Below the pieces are notes generated by a model. The model had not been told where the DNA came from and did no database searches. It saw only the letters and a program-made list of their open reading frames with translations. From assembly GCF_009914755.1 (NCBI RefSeq), contig NC_060933.1: DNA of 64,000 nt. One strand, given 5' to 3'. The DNA comes from the human T2T-CHM13v2.0 reference genome, Homo sapiens. This document shows, piece by piece, positions 1 through 12,769 of the stretch (position 1 is its first letter; every line of letters begins with the position of its first letter). Both the position numbers and the translations under genes were made by a program.

Positions 1-189
1 CAAATCGTATATTTCTTACCCTGCACTCAGCCACTCCAGTGACAGCTACAGAGCAGGCCTGGATCCGAACAGACTGAGGTATGCGACACAGGACAGCAAA
101 GTGGGAAGTCTGCAGTAGTGGCGCTCAGGCCTGGGCAACTGGCGTGGTGTGTGGTCCAGGGAGCTCTCCAATTACACAGCCCTCCTCTC

Positions 190-286
190 CCCCAGATTCT
201 GACAAGTCCCCAGGGGGCAAATGCTTTGTAAAGCTTCCCGGGGATTCCCTGGAGACCCCCACTCTAGGCTGAGAATCAAAGCTCTG
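190..286. mobile_element. MER5-like hAT-Charlie DNA transposon fragment
   Basis: ccccagattctgac...aagcttcccggggattc...ggctgagaatcaaagctct resembles MER5 consensus blocks; diverged. Confidence 0.45.
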
Positions 287-484
287 AATTGCCCTTCCTG
301 TTGATAAGCCTCATACCCTAGCGCTCCAGGCACTGGTCAGATGAGGCACGGAACTTAATCTACAAATACCTTATCTTCAAAAGGAAAATATTTTCATGAT
401 TGCCTAAGTAGTAACATGGTCATTACAGAAGATTGTAAGATACCAAAAGCTATACTATAAAGAAGAAAAAAATTTACCCACACC

Positions 485-620
485 TTGCTAGTCTCAGCGT
501 CATCACCACCTGGGCGCTTGTTAGGAGTGCCCCCGCTGCAGACCTCGGAATCCGAATCTGTGTTTTTCCCAGACCCCCAGAGGGTTGTGTGCCTGTTCAA
601 GTTTGAGAAGCCCCGAGCTA
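485..620. mobile_element. MER5A/B hAT-Charlie fossil
   Basis: catcaccacctgggcgcttgttag...gaatccgaatctg...aagtttgagaagccccgagcta matches MER5 layout. Confidence 0.6.
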
Positions 621-880
621 ATAATTCCACAACTGCAATTTAGTGTCTTTCTTGGTAGCATCTTATACTTCTATTAAAGTTGGGATTAATATTGAATAAT
701 CAGTGTTGCAATTGGAATCATTAAAAATGTGATATTAACTTTATTTTAGTATTATTCAAATACTCAGTTTGGTGTGCTGCTTCTCTCCCTGAATTGTATA
801 CAGTGTTCGCCATGACATCGTTTGCTTCTGAGACTTTCTTAAAACCCAGCTTCTCCCTTCATTCTCAGCTGGAGAATAAA

Positions 881-894
881 CCAGCAGGCGGCAC
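881..894 (+). promoter_or_regulatory. Candidate CTCF site
   Basis: CCAGCAGGCGGCAC vs core consensus CCASYAGRKGGCRS, one mismatch. Confidence 0.45.
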
Positions 895-1598
895 ACAACG
901 GGTTAATGTCTACCAATTGCGTTAATACCCATCTAAAGGCCCGGCGGCCTCCCCAGCAAAACCGAGATTTTGCAATGTTTGCCATGCGTTTGCTTCATGT
1001 TGAGAGATGGGCTGAATGGAGGTTTCTTTGTGTTTGCGCGTATTTGTGTGTGTGAGTGTGTGTGTGTTCCCCGCAGTCTCCGTGGGTGGCCTCCTGCGGG
1101 TGAATGCGCAGTGTTCCCACTGTTGCTTATCCTGCAGGCTTTCCAAACCTCCCTCCTGCCGACAGACAGCCAGGGGAAACACATCTCTCCAAAGAGAAAC
1201 CCAAAGAAGCTGCAGAAGAGATTTCTTAGTCTGTTCCTATTCAGGGAAGGTGAGGGAGCCCTCATTCTTAAAGGTCTCTTTTAAAAGCCCTGTTTCTTTT
1301 TGCACACATAGTTTTGGAAGGTGCCCAAAAGACTGTCCAGAGTGTCCCAGCCTTCTCCGACAGTGCCGGGAAACAAGAGGTGGCTGCTGCCGTTTGCAAG
1401 TACGGATGAAGGCCTGAGTGGTCCCGGGCATTCAGGGCCAGGAAGGCAGGAGGGGAGGGGCTGGGAGGAGGGGGCGCTTTGCAGGGCCCGTGGACCTGGG
1501 CTGGACACTAGGCCACAGGAGGGGCAGGAGACAGTGGAATTATTGTCTGCCATTCACCAGAGTCTATCATCTCACTTGGTTTCCCCCTACAAGAAGAA

Positions 1599-1621
1599 CT
1601 CTCTCTCTCTCTCTACACACA

Positions 1622-1678
<57 letters not shown>
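1599..1678 (+). repeat. Compound (CT)n(CA)n microsatellite
   Basis: ctctctctctctctacacacacaaacacac... about 30 CA units, directly visible. Confidence 0.98.
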
Positions 1679-1679
<1 letters not shown>

Positions 1680-1949
1680 ATGCCCCCCGCCACCACCACC
1701 ACGCACACAGACGCAGGTTCCTGGAACTGTTTCCCCCAGTTCTCTGCCTCAGACATCTTCACCCCATGTCCTGCCCTGATCTGGTGTTCTGGGCATGGCT
1801 CCTTTTATTGCTTTTTAAAAGGAGTCTGTGGTTTTATGAGGGCTGTTTGGCCGGCAGAGGTTGGGCTAGGCCGGGTTTTCGATGCCTGTGGCCCTGTCAG
1901 CCCAGGGAAGAGGCCGCTGAAGCTGAGCAGCTGCTCCTGAAAACAGCCC

Positions 1950-2235
1950 GGGACAGCTCTTCCCAGCCTCCGCCCGCTGCACTGAGCACTCCACTCTCTC
2001 TGCCCTCCGGCTGCTAGCTCCGATGGCAGCCCCCGGCCTCTCAGTAATCCTCAGCAACTCAAGCTTTCGCTGGAGTCCTCGGCAGGTGGGCGGCTGTAAA
2101 ATCTTTTTGTTTGCTGCTTTGTCATCCTCTTCCCATCCCCGACCGGCAGTACCCATGGTCCAGGAAATAAACACCCAGTACAAAAACTCCCTGTTCGTAT
2201 CTGGTAAATTTTCAACTAAAAAGTTCAGCGTTCAG
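1950..2235 (+). other. Candidate first exon (start approximate) ending at a consensus 5' splice donor
   Basis: ttcag|GTGAGT with GT at 2236-2237, at the 3' edge of the GC-rich promoter-like block; start inferred. Confidence 0.4.
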
Positions 2236-2859
2236 GTGAGTGGGCTCGAGATCCAGCCGGTTTGAAGAGAGAGGAATAAAGGACAGGGTGTTGGGCGTGG
2301 GACTGGCACCCACTGAAACCCTCATCCTGTGGGTGCCCGGTGTGGGTCCCCGCTGGCGTCACAACGTGCAGCCCACCTGCTCTGCCAGCTTCCGCGACCT
2401 TGATCTCAGCCAATCCTGTTTTGGGCCCCATCACAGTCTTTCTGTCTGTGGAGCTGGGCAAGCAGGAGGTTTCTCAGGGCCCAAGATGGTTTTTCAGATG
2501 TGAATATTGGCCAACTCCCGAAGTTGCTAGAAAAATGTAGGCAGCTTGGCCACCGAAGTAAAAGCCATCGATGGCATTTTTCCCAGCCTCAGCTGAATTC
2601 AAACCACTAAACTCTTGTGGTTTATTTTTTTTACAGCTTTCTTAGCTAACAGGACTGGATGCCTTTAAAAAACTTTTCAAAATAATATTTTGGAACCTAG
2701 CATTATTTGGTTTTCCCTCTGTAAAGGCTAATCTATCATAATTTCCCCATAGCTTGCTTTGCGGAAGAGGGTGGGTGAGGGACAAAGGAAAGGTAACATG
2801 CTAACCAAGACAAGCGTAGTGTGAAGGAAGGGCGGGCCCTGTTCGGCCTCTGCCCAGCA

Positions 2860-3010
2860 GAGTCACAAGCTTTGTGGGCCTCAGTGTCCTCCTCTGGAGA
2901 ACAGGAAGAATAATACGACAGCCCAACTACCTTACAAGACAGTTCTGTGATTAGGCTGATGTTCGTCAGAACATTTAGTCACCGTAAAATGCTACACAAT
3001 GTGAATTATT
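2860..3010 (+). mobile_element. MIR fragment
   Basis: gggcctcagtgtcctcctctggagaacagg resembles the MIR core. Confidence 0.5.
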
Positions 3011-3299
3011 GTGCTTTAACAAATAATTTGAAAGCAGTATAAAGTGCTTCTAGACTTGCAGATATCAAGAAAGCTGGATATCTGGGTTATTCATTCTCGG
3101 TTGGCAAAAGGTGGTCCCTGCATGATCAGCCCTACGGGCCCCACATATTCTTTTAAGGGCTCAGGCTTTTGGAAGGCTTCTCAGTGCAGCAAGCATGAAT
3201 AGTAAGGGCTACGCTGCGCTCTTTACTTACTTGTTTTTGCCTTAAACCATCACAGTTACCACAAGGGTTAAGGATGCAGGTAGCATTGCAGACAGACTG

Positions 3300-3500
3300 A
3301 CAGAGCTTTGTGTTCTGGCTTGGCCAATTAGCTTAACTTCTCTGAGCCCAGTTTCCTCATCTGTAAAACAGGTATAACAACAACAACAACAACAACAATA
3401 ATAGTAATCAGCTGATACAATTCTTGTGAGATTAAAAGACAACATTCACAAATTGCTTACCAGTATGATATCTTGCACATTGATTAAATGAATGTAAGAT
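3300..3500 (+). mobile_element. MIR containing a (CAA)n repeat at 3377-3400
   Basis: ttaacttctctgagcccagtttcctcatctgtaaaacagg...ttgtgagattaaa MIR core. Confidence 0.8.
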
Positions 3501-3636
3501 AATGATGTTGATAATTATTTTAAGGAATTTGAGGGAGAAAATTCCCACCTACGAGTTCCTGTGCACCTAGTGGTGGGACTTTCTCTTGGTCATGCATTCA
3601 TTTGACAAGCATTTACTGAATACCTTCTGTGAGCTC

Positions 3637-4164
3637 TTAGGAGATCAGAATATGCCATCCTCAAATACGAAGGATTGTTCAGCTGAAGACGATTAAGAAG
3701 CAGATGCAGGAACCCTTTAGACTTCCCTCTATTTGCCTAAAAGCAGGACATAGATTTACAGAGACAAAGAGTATTCCTGCCCAGGAGAGCAAAGGTTAAC
3801 CAATGAAGACTGCTTTAGACTCTCATCAGCCTGGAGGTGATACAGAGGACTCTACTTCACCAGCTGTCTAGCCAGCCTTTGTCCGCCATGGATTTGCCTT
3901 CCCACAAGTTGCCTGCAGAGACTTACAGTCCTTTTCCTTTGTCCCTTCTCTAAAAATGTGCTATTCTTTGTTGAGGATCTTATATAAGCTGGGAGTCAAG
4001 GCCACTTCTTGGAGAATGATTCTGGATACTTCTCTGGGTATCTCCCATGTATTTATAAAATACACATGTTAATCAACTTCTGTTTGTTTTTCTCTTGTTT
4101 ATCTGTCCTTTGTAACAGGGGTTCATTACAACTAAGAACCTACCGGGAGTTACTCTTCCCCTAC
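3637..4164 (+). mobile_element. Solo ERV1 LTR, MER34/MER39-type
   Basis: Begins taggagatcagaatatgccatcctcaaatacgaaggattgttcagctgaag, has tatataagc TATA, ends tcttcccctaca. Confidence 0.75.
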
Positions 4165-4399
4165 AAGATCCAGAATGCCTTTTGGTTTCCTTTAATGAAG
4201 CAGCAGCCTGACCAAGTCCTACCCACTGCTCTAATACTGAGATCTCCAGCTGCAGTGCACAAAAGGAAAGTGAACACAGGGAAAGCTGGGACTTTGTTGA
4301 GGGTCATGGAGGAGTGGTTCCGCGGGATGCCAGGGGTGTGGGAGCAGAGCCTTGGCATTTGGAGCAGGTAGCCTGCATGGTGAAAAGTGATGGGAATAG

Positions 4400-4840
4400 T
4401 GCTGCATTCAGATACAGGACGGACTGCAATAGCAAAGAGACTCAATGTGGTGGCTGAGAACCAAGTTTATTTATCTTACTCAAGGATGGAGCAGGTGACC
4501 CAGCACTACAGCGGTGGCTTGATGGCGGCAAGGAGCCAGGCTCTCCACCCTGTTACTCCACCTTCTCCTAGGGGATTCCTTTGGTCCAGGTGGCTCCCTG
4601 ACATGAACAATGCCTTCACAGTCCAGCAGGCAGGAAGGAGAAAAGAGTGAGGGAAGACGCAACCACTCTTTTGAAGGACATGGCCTGGAACTTACCCAGC
4701 TTCCTACCTTAACTGAGTGACATGACCACAGTTAGCAAAGGAGGCTGGGAAATGTAGTCTTAATGCTACGTTGTCCTGTGACCAGCAAAAATGCGGGGAT
4801 TTCATTATTAAAGGCAGAAAGAGAGAATGTTTGGGGGACA
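4400..4840 (-). mobile_element. MLT1-family MaLR LTR (old, MLT1J/K-like)
   Basis: tgacatgaccacagttagcaaaggaggctgggaaatgtagtct is a typical MLT1 antisense block. Confidence 0.65.
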
Positions 4841-6349
4841 ACAAGGCAATCAAAGGGATAGATTAGGAGGGACGGCCATATCGTCATCCACACAGCAGAG
4901 GAAGACAGTGTTGGGCACATAAGGGAGAGTGGAAAATGTGAAGGCAGAAATCACAGCTGATGGCGGTGGGGACGAAGCCGCTGACCACTGAGGACCCTGT
5001 GATCTGGATGGTAAAGAGGGTAGTGTGATAAGAGGCCAGCAAAGACAGGGACCTGGGGTTCACTGGGACGTTTTGCAGGGTGCTGCAGCATGGTGGGCAC
5101 ACTGACTATGTGGGATTGTAGAAGAAAGTACGGTTTGGGGACTGGCACATCAGCACCTCAGTGTCTTTTCTGGGAAAATCTGGTTCTGTCTGGGATTTTT
5201 CTCTGCTATGTGAATTCCTTGCTCATTCATTATGGGGTCACTTCATTGATTTTCCACTCTTGTTTCTATTTTTTTATATGACCTCTTCTCACTAATCTCT
5301 ACTGCCAATTGTCTCAATGTAACAGTATTACCAAGAGGTACCATTGGACTACGGACTTTCTGAGGTGTTTTAGTTGTGACCTTGACTTGGTTAAAAAGGA
5401 TGGGTGCAATCACCTTCCAAAATCTCCAAATTTATCATCCTAAAACCTCCATTTGGGTGGTTGAAAACTGCAATATAAAGTCAGACAGATTTAAACTGGC
5501 ATGAAACAATGTAGGGAAGGCATATCAGTACACTTAAAAAACACTTTTATAGTTTTCATCTCCATCCTCAATTTGATAGCCCCAAGCTAAAAATGATTCT
5601 TATAAACATCTGCTTCTTGTGTTTATTATGGTTTTGGATTTTTGTGCCAAGAATATGCATGACAGGGCTGCCATTCTTTTCAGCCAAATGTATCTGAACA
5701 TGTGTTTCTGCATTCTCATCTGTTTCTCTGTAGAGAAAACATGCATTGAACCAATAGCATGTCTGGAGCAGTATCTTATGATTTCAACAGCTTCCCTCTG
5801 TGATCCACCAAACAGATATTCATGGTGGGCACTCTGTGCTCTCAGCCTGAATCTAACTCTGCCAAGCCATAGTTCTTCAGCTCAGATATGGATGGTGTCA
5901 ACAGGGGGTCTTCCAGGGTTGTTAGAGCCTGCACAGCCTGGAGGAAGTGCAGCATGTCAAGTGTGCCTATGCAAACTCAGCTTTAATCTGCTAAGAAGTG
6001 ATAGAGCTTATTGTGTTACAGGAGAATGTGGCCTGCCATATTGATCCTCAAGCACTGAATTATCAAGAAATGTTCAGTAGCAATGAATATGAAGTAAGTT
6101 ACCTGGGTTCTGGCTCAGTCTTATCACTCAGAAAACTTTGGTAGGTCATTACACCTCCATGTGTGTTGCTGAGAATAAAGGGCCTGGATTTGATGCACAT
6201 GTAAACACACAATTACAGTATTCTGTGTGAATTCTAGATTGGAGGTTATAGGGCTACAGACAAATTAGAGCACCTAAGTTGGGATTTGATGCAGCAGAGC
6301 AAAGCCTCTCACATTCTGGCATGTCAGGATGCCCTACACTCACTCTGTA

Positions 6350-6830
6350 GTGAAACTGTCAGCCAAAGGATGTATGTCCCAGCAACGCTGACAGTGTAAA
6401 CATAAAAACTATAGAGACTGAGATGGCAGACGACAGAGGAGTAGAAGTAGAAAGAATTGAAGGTATGTGGCCTGATGACCCTATCTTACAAAGCAGGGAG
6501 ACAAGAGATTTCATCTTTAGTTGATGGAAAAAGAAATAATGGAGTAAATAAAACTACATTGACCAACAGGAACAATAGAGAGACTACAATGGTGATGAAC
6601 CTTTATTGGCAGGAAGAATTAAGGAGAAGTAGTGGAGAGGCTCAAGGGAGCTGAAGTCAATAGACAGTGCCTAAAAATAGAAACATTTTTCTATTTTTAG
6701 TGTTTAGAGATGTGGAAATAACCACTTAAAAGGGTTTGCCTCTGGAGCAGGGCTGAGGAGGCATTAGGATTTGTTCACTGCTTTTCTTTATAAGCTCTTT
6801 GTACTGATGGAGTTTTTAAGTCTTGTTGCA
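6350..6830 (+). mobile_element. Old L1M fragment
   Basis: A-rich diverged L1 3'-UTR-like sequence (ggtttgcctctggag..., cttttcttataagctctttgtactg). Confidence 0.4.
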
Positions 6831-7335
6831 TTGGTTAGAATTAAGTGTAGTAGCAAGTGACAGAATGCTGCAAATAACAGCTTAAATAAGAAAGATGTTT
6901 ATTGTCTTCTCATGTAAATTTAGTTCAGGGATAAGCAGTTCAGGACTGTTGTGGTGGCCCTGTTGTACAGAGCCCTCAGGGCCCTAGGCTTCCTCCAGTT
7001 CAGGGCTCCACAATGCCATCCCTAGGCTGCCATCTTCATCCTCATGGTCCAAGATGGCCACATCTGTGTTCCAGGCAGCAGAATGGAGGAAGACGGGAAG
7101 AAGAAGGCAAACTGGGCACAGGCCCTGGCATGCTGCCCCTTAGACAAGGGTCCGGGAAGCTGTCTCATGATATTCCTTCTTACATTTAATTGGCCAGAAC
7201 TTAGTCACATGGCTACACCTAGCTGCAAATGAGCTGGGCAATGTAGTCTTTATACCAAATTTCTATGTCCATATTTTAAAAAATTACTATAAAGGGGAGG
7301 ATATATATTGTTGGAGAGTTAGCCACCCCTGTTAC
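6830..7335 (-). mobile_element. MLT1-family MaLR LTR
   Basis: gcaagtgacagaa...agcttaaataagaaag...ttggccagaacttagtcacatggctacacctagctgcaa. Confidence 0.75.
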
Positions 7336-9111
7336 ACTCACCTTTATATAAATAACAAAAATCATGAGCATTAACAATAAGGTTGTGTTTTCATAAAAAA
7401 ATGCTGGAAAAGAAAATATCAAAAACTAGAATGGATTGATAGAAGGAGAGAAGAATGGGTAGATGAATGGATACACGAGAAGGCAGGTATGCTGGAATGA
7501 TCACTGGGAAATCTAGGTAGGCAGTGAGTATGTCCACTGTAAAATGTTCAACTTCTCTGTGTACTTGAAAACATTAATAATGTTGGGAGAAAATAGGTTT
7601 AGGGAGAAAAAGAGCAATTATTTTTTAAACTATTTTTGAAATTCACAGCATGTCTGTCCTGAGGAGTTGGTTTTGCCCATCACTCTTCTTTCCTCAGCCT
7701 TCCTTCAGAACTCCTCTGGTTCTTCATATCCTGACTTACTTCTCCTACACCCAGTGCCCCGACTCCCTCCATTTCTCTGCCCCTTTATGTTCTGGCTTCT
7801 GTCTAGGTCTATGTCTAAGTCTTAATACGTGGCTTCTGGTGCCTCTGGCTGGAGCTACCCCCTAGGCTATACCTGATCCGAATATGAGTCAGAAAGAGTC
7901 CTGGCCCTAGTGGCCCAGCTCACTGGAATGACCACCTGGGCAGGCTCCCCTCCCCCTTCCCTAGCCGGAATAATTAAACACAGTATTTTGTTCAATAACT
8001 TTGAAAAAAATTTCCTTCCTCCCTCCCTTTCCTCCTTTGTTTTGTGACACTTAACGTATAGCAGCTATATCATAGCTTATAGAATGATGAAGGAAGACAG
8101 TGCTAGTTCTAAGATACATGCACTTTATAAAACCATCAGCATAACTAAATCTCAATGCAGGTCATGGTGAGGTTATGGCCAACCATTCATTGAGTCAATG
8201 AGTATTCAATGCTTACTATGAGCCAGACACCATAATGTCTGTGGACATTGATTCATTCTAGACACCAATCATTTGGGAAGCAACTTAGTTTCCCAATGAA
8301 AGCTGTAACAAGGCCTGCTGATACACAATCTTTGGGGTGGCACTGTGGCTGACCTTGCCTGATTAGAGGTCCTTTCGGGAATTTGGTAACTAAGCACCTT
8401 GGATGGGGGCCAGGGGGCCTGTGCTAGAATGCATCTTCCTCTGCAGGGTTTGTGCTGACAGCCACATGCCATTACTGGACTCAGACCACCTGCCCCTAGT
8501 CATTGCACAATCACCTCATGATTCAACCTCGCAGATGTGTTTCATGCTTGGCAAAATCTGAAGCGAGCAAACCATGCAGACTCTGTCTCTCTCTTTGCCT
8601 TTCCAGTTAGATGCAACCCAGTTCCTTGCCTAAATAGTTCATCCATTTAGTCCATGTCAACAATCACCACTTACTTTCTTGATACTCTCATTTATATGAC
8701 TTTGGATAAACTTGTCATTGCCCAGATGAGTCTTCCCTTATGTTGAGACATCCCATGCTATCCTTTCCTTTTTATTTTGCCTTTGAAAATATTTAGTATG
8801 TGGCCTTTGTGCAGTGTTTTCTGCCTAGTATTTCCAAACTGCCATTTCTGTAGAATTCAGCAAGAAGCAGAGATGAGAGAAAATAAGGAGGGAAAGGGCA
8901 AAACAAAGCCAACTGTTTGGGTGAAAAACAAAAAGGCCTGCAGTCTCCTTAGCTAGCATTTCCTATCAGGAACAACACATGTTGAATTACTCACATTGTC
9001 TTGACTTTCTAGGTAATAGCAGTAAAGCTTGTCAATGATGGGAAGGTTGCTGAACACATCTGCCCCGGCCATCTGGCCTAAGTGACACTACTGGCCTCTT
9101 TATGACCCTGA

Positions 9112-9462
<351 letters not shown>

Positions 9463-10532
9463 TGAATTAATAATAACAATAATAATAATTCAACTGCCTC
9501 TTCCCGGGGCTTCCTGAGGACTCATCAGTTTGGGAGCACTGAGGGGCTAACTCCCTCCTCGTTCCCCCTGAGTAAGGGAGCTGCTGGTGGCCCTCCTTGT
9601 TAATGCCTTTGGTACAAACTGCAGGACATATGAGAAGGAGCCTCTCTAAATGCATGCAGGTGGCTTCTTGCCTTGGGTAATGAGCCTCATTGTCCCTTTG
9701 TGTCCTCACATTCAGTTAGTCTCTGGCAAAGCAATAAGTGACACTGTAGAAAAGGCAGGAGGGCAAATAGGGACCCCTAAACAAAGAAGGTAGTTTGGGA
9801 AGAAGAAAAAAGAAAGAAAGAAAGAAAGAAAATCCCTTGAAACATCTTAAAAGCGGCCAACCCTAAGCATGGCCCTATGAAAAGACATTCTCTTTTATTT
9901 CACCAAGTCGACTTGAATTTACTTCTGTTTTTTCTTTTTTTTTTCCTTTAAGAGATTTTGTGGCACAGACAAAGTTTCTCCAGAAATCAAGACAATGGGC
10001 ATTTTAAATGATCCATTGAAAGGATCTTTTAATTTAAGCTGACATTTCAGACTATATTTTAATAATACAGGCTGAATAACAAAAGCAAAAAGAGTAACAG
10101 TCCAACAATGCTTCGGGTGGAATGGCACCTTTCTCAAAGGCGCTCACAGTAACTTATAAGCCTTGTTAATTCACAAGGCAAGCACCTCATCACCTGAACA
10201 AGCAGGCAGCGATGACTGCCCTTCTTTGCAGATGAGCAACCAAGGAAGCAAGTGACCCTTCAGAGATTCCGGTGTCTTAGCCTGAATGTACAGACATGTT
10301 CCAGGCCAGGCTGATCCTGCCCAGTCTTGCACCCAAGCTGAAGAGATCACAGCATCACTGTTCAGACCTCGTGTCTTGGCCCTTTTCTGCTAGTCAGTGC
10401 CTCAGAGAGTCTACCGTACCTGGTAGGTGGCTTTAACTACTGTGGCCAGTTCAAAGCTAGGCCAGGACTCTTCTTTCTGTAATCACCCTTTGTTTTTCAA
10501 CTCCATCATATTTATTGCCAAATCTAGCTTTG

Positions 10533-10540
10533 TGACGTCA
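10533..10540. promoter_or_regulatory. Perfect CRE palindrome TGACGTCA
   Basis: Exact motif with intact CpG in unique sequence; function untested. Confidence 0.35.
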
Positions 10541-10849
10541 GCTTACTCGATTAAGTTCTTGAAACTGTGGTTTCTTGATTTATTAAATTCGAGCAATGAC
10601 ACCCACATTTCAGGATGGTTGCAAGAACTTGGAAAAAATAAGTACAGCACATAGCACTATGTCTCCCATTTAGGAAATGTTCAAAACACATTGGATTTAA
10701 ATATTTTTATTTTTTTTAATAAGTAGGAGTAGTGCTCTCCTGCTTTGAAATCATCAGACAAGATTGCTCCTAATGTACATTTTAAGTTAATTTGACTTAT
10801 CAGGGGAACGATGTGATTCTTGCCCTTCCTCTTCTTCCCCCCAACACAT

Positions 10850-10850
<1 letters not shown>

Positions 10851-10891
<41 letters not shown>

Positions 10892-10894
10892 ACA
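10851..10894 (+). repeat. (CA)n microsatellite
   Basis: Direct. Confidence 0.97.
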
Positions 10895-11257
10895 AAACAC
10901 CAAATCTTCCCAGGGAGAGGTTGGTTACACTTTTTGCAATTTGCGTCAAGTCTAGACTTTAAAAAGTAGAAGTAGAAATTCTATACAACCAATGAGCGAA
11001 TTTTACTAGTTACGTGGTTATAACTTCATAAAGGGAGGTGTTGCACCCAGGTTCACTTCCTAAGAAGAAAGGTTTCACCCCAAATTTCCCCCAGAAACTG
11101 GCAGATAATCTTACAATGAGCTAGTGTTGGGAACGTAGGCTTCAGAATCAGATTGGCCTGGGTTTGCCTCCCCAAACTCTGTTCTCATTTGTAAAATTGG
11201 GGATGATAGATGATAGGAATGCCTGTCTTGCAGCTTCGTGTAAGAATGGATATAATG

Positions 11258-11560
11258 GGCCGGGTGCAGTGGCTCACACCTGTAATCCCAGCACTTTGGG
11301 AGGCTGAGGCAGGCAGATCACGAGGTCAAGAGATTGAGAACATCCTGGCCAACATGGTGAAACCCCGTCTCTTCTAAAAATACAAAAATTAGCTGGGTGT
11401 GCTGGCGCACACCTGTAATCCCAGCTACTCAGGAGGCTGAGGCAGGAGAATCGCTTGAACCCGGGAGGCAGCAGTTGCAGTGATCCAAGATTGTGCACCA
11501 CTGCACTCCAGCCTGGCGACATAGTGAGACTCTGTGTCAATAAAAAAAAAAAAAAAAAAA
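11258..11560 (+). mobile_element. Full-length AluS inserted in a MIR
   Basis: Both monomers and poly-A; 16-bp TSD aagaatggatataatg at 11242-11257 and 11561-11576. Confidence 0.97.
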
Positions 11561-11909
11561 AAGAATGGATATAATGCAGGCGAGATGCTTTGCACAGCTC
11601 CTGGACACAGCTCTGGAAGTGGGAGCTACAGTAGTTCAGAATTATCACGCAGAGAATGAGAACATTTTGCAAATTCACTGCAAACGTAAGTTTTCCTTTA
11701 ATCCTGAGCTACAGAACTTGTAGCAGCTATTTTTGAGTGTACACCATGTTCAGGCTCCTGGAAGAAAGGAACCTTAAACATGTAATTAGTTAGAGAGAAA
11801 ACACAGAAACACACAGAACCTCCTGTAAGGGTGAACATGGTATTCATGGGTGGATGGAGTTGTTAAAACATTTTAGAACAGCTGCTGGAATTTAGGTTCA
11901 GGACTTCAC

Positions 11910-11936
11910 TGTGTGTGTGTGTGTGTGTGTGTGTGT
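11910..11936 (+). repeat. (TG)n microsatellite
   Basis: Direct. Confidence 0.97.
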
Positions 11937-12189
11937 TTTAAACCTTTGAAGAGTTTTGTAGGGACTGAAAATATTTGAGGATGAATGTCTAAATGCAAGG
12001 CTTTTGGCTGAAACAGAAAAATTGTCATTCAGAATCCAGGTTTGACTTGGACAGGGAGTGACTTAAAAAAAACAAGGAGACAGACATTTATGGAAATTGT
12101 GTTTACTCAAGGCTGAAGAGAAGGTTTCTGTCTAGCCTAAAAGTGATGTCACACAAATTAAGAAGGGAAACCCTGAGAGGACGCATTGG

Positions 12190-12400
12190 GCAGTGTTTCC
12201 CAAAGTGTGTTCATAGAACACAAGTCTCAGAAGATGCTTGGTGACAGAGGGGTTCTGTGGTCAACTGAGTTTAGGAAGCTGCATGTGAACTTCACCTCTT
12301 GAGATGGACAGTGCACATACACATGGAAAGGCACTCAGAAGTCCCAAAGTGAAAAACTATGTCATGGCGGACCCCATTGGTATCTTCTGAATAACTGTTT
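12190..12400. mobile_element. hAT-Charlie fossil, MER103C-like
   Basis: cagtgtttcccaaagtgtgttcatagaacac terminus; gggttctgtggtcaactgagtttaggaa. Confidence 0.6.
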
Positions 12401-12446
12401 CTCCTTTTTTTGCGATCAGAACTATGATTTTGTTCAAGAAACACAG

Positions 12447-12769
12447 GGCCAGCTGCAGTGGCTCACGCCTGTAATCCCAGCACTTTGGGAGGCCAAGACG
12501 GGTGGATCACCTGAGGTCAGGAGTTTGAGACCAGCCTGGCCAACATGGTGCAACCCCGTCTCTACTAAAAATACAAAAATTAGCTGGGAGTGGTGGCAGG
12601 CACCTATAATCCCAGCTTCTGGGGAGGCTGAGGCAGGAGAATCACTTGAGGTGGAGGTTGCAGTGAGCCGAGATCGTGCCACTGCACTCTGGGTGACTCT
12701 AGAGCAAGACTCGATCTCAATTAAAAAAATAAAATAAAATAAAATAAAATAAAATAAAAAGAAAGAAAG
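12447..12769 (+). mobile_element. AluS with (TAAAA)n tail
   Basis: Alu consensus (ggatcacctgaggtcaggagttt) with a short deletion in the right monomer. Confidence 0.95.

Larger units (their letters stand above)
760..2400. promoter_or_regulatory. CpG/GC-enriched promoter-like region
   Basis: Free of interspersed repeats, retained CpGs, GC box ccgccc near 1969, CTCF-like motif 881-894, G4 motif 1452-1474, CRE-like tggcgtca near 2354, consensus splice donor at 2236. Confidence 0.6.

Noticed and set aside
240-249. Perfect NF-kB site GGGGATTCCC
   Set aside because: Single 10-mer inside a MER5-like fossil with no further support
1321-2017. 152-aa and 199-aa ORFs with poly-(HT)
   Set aside because: Translation of the (CA)n microsatellite in GC-rich DNA
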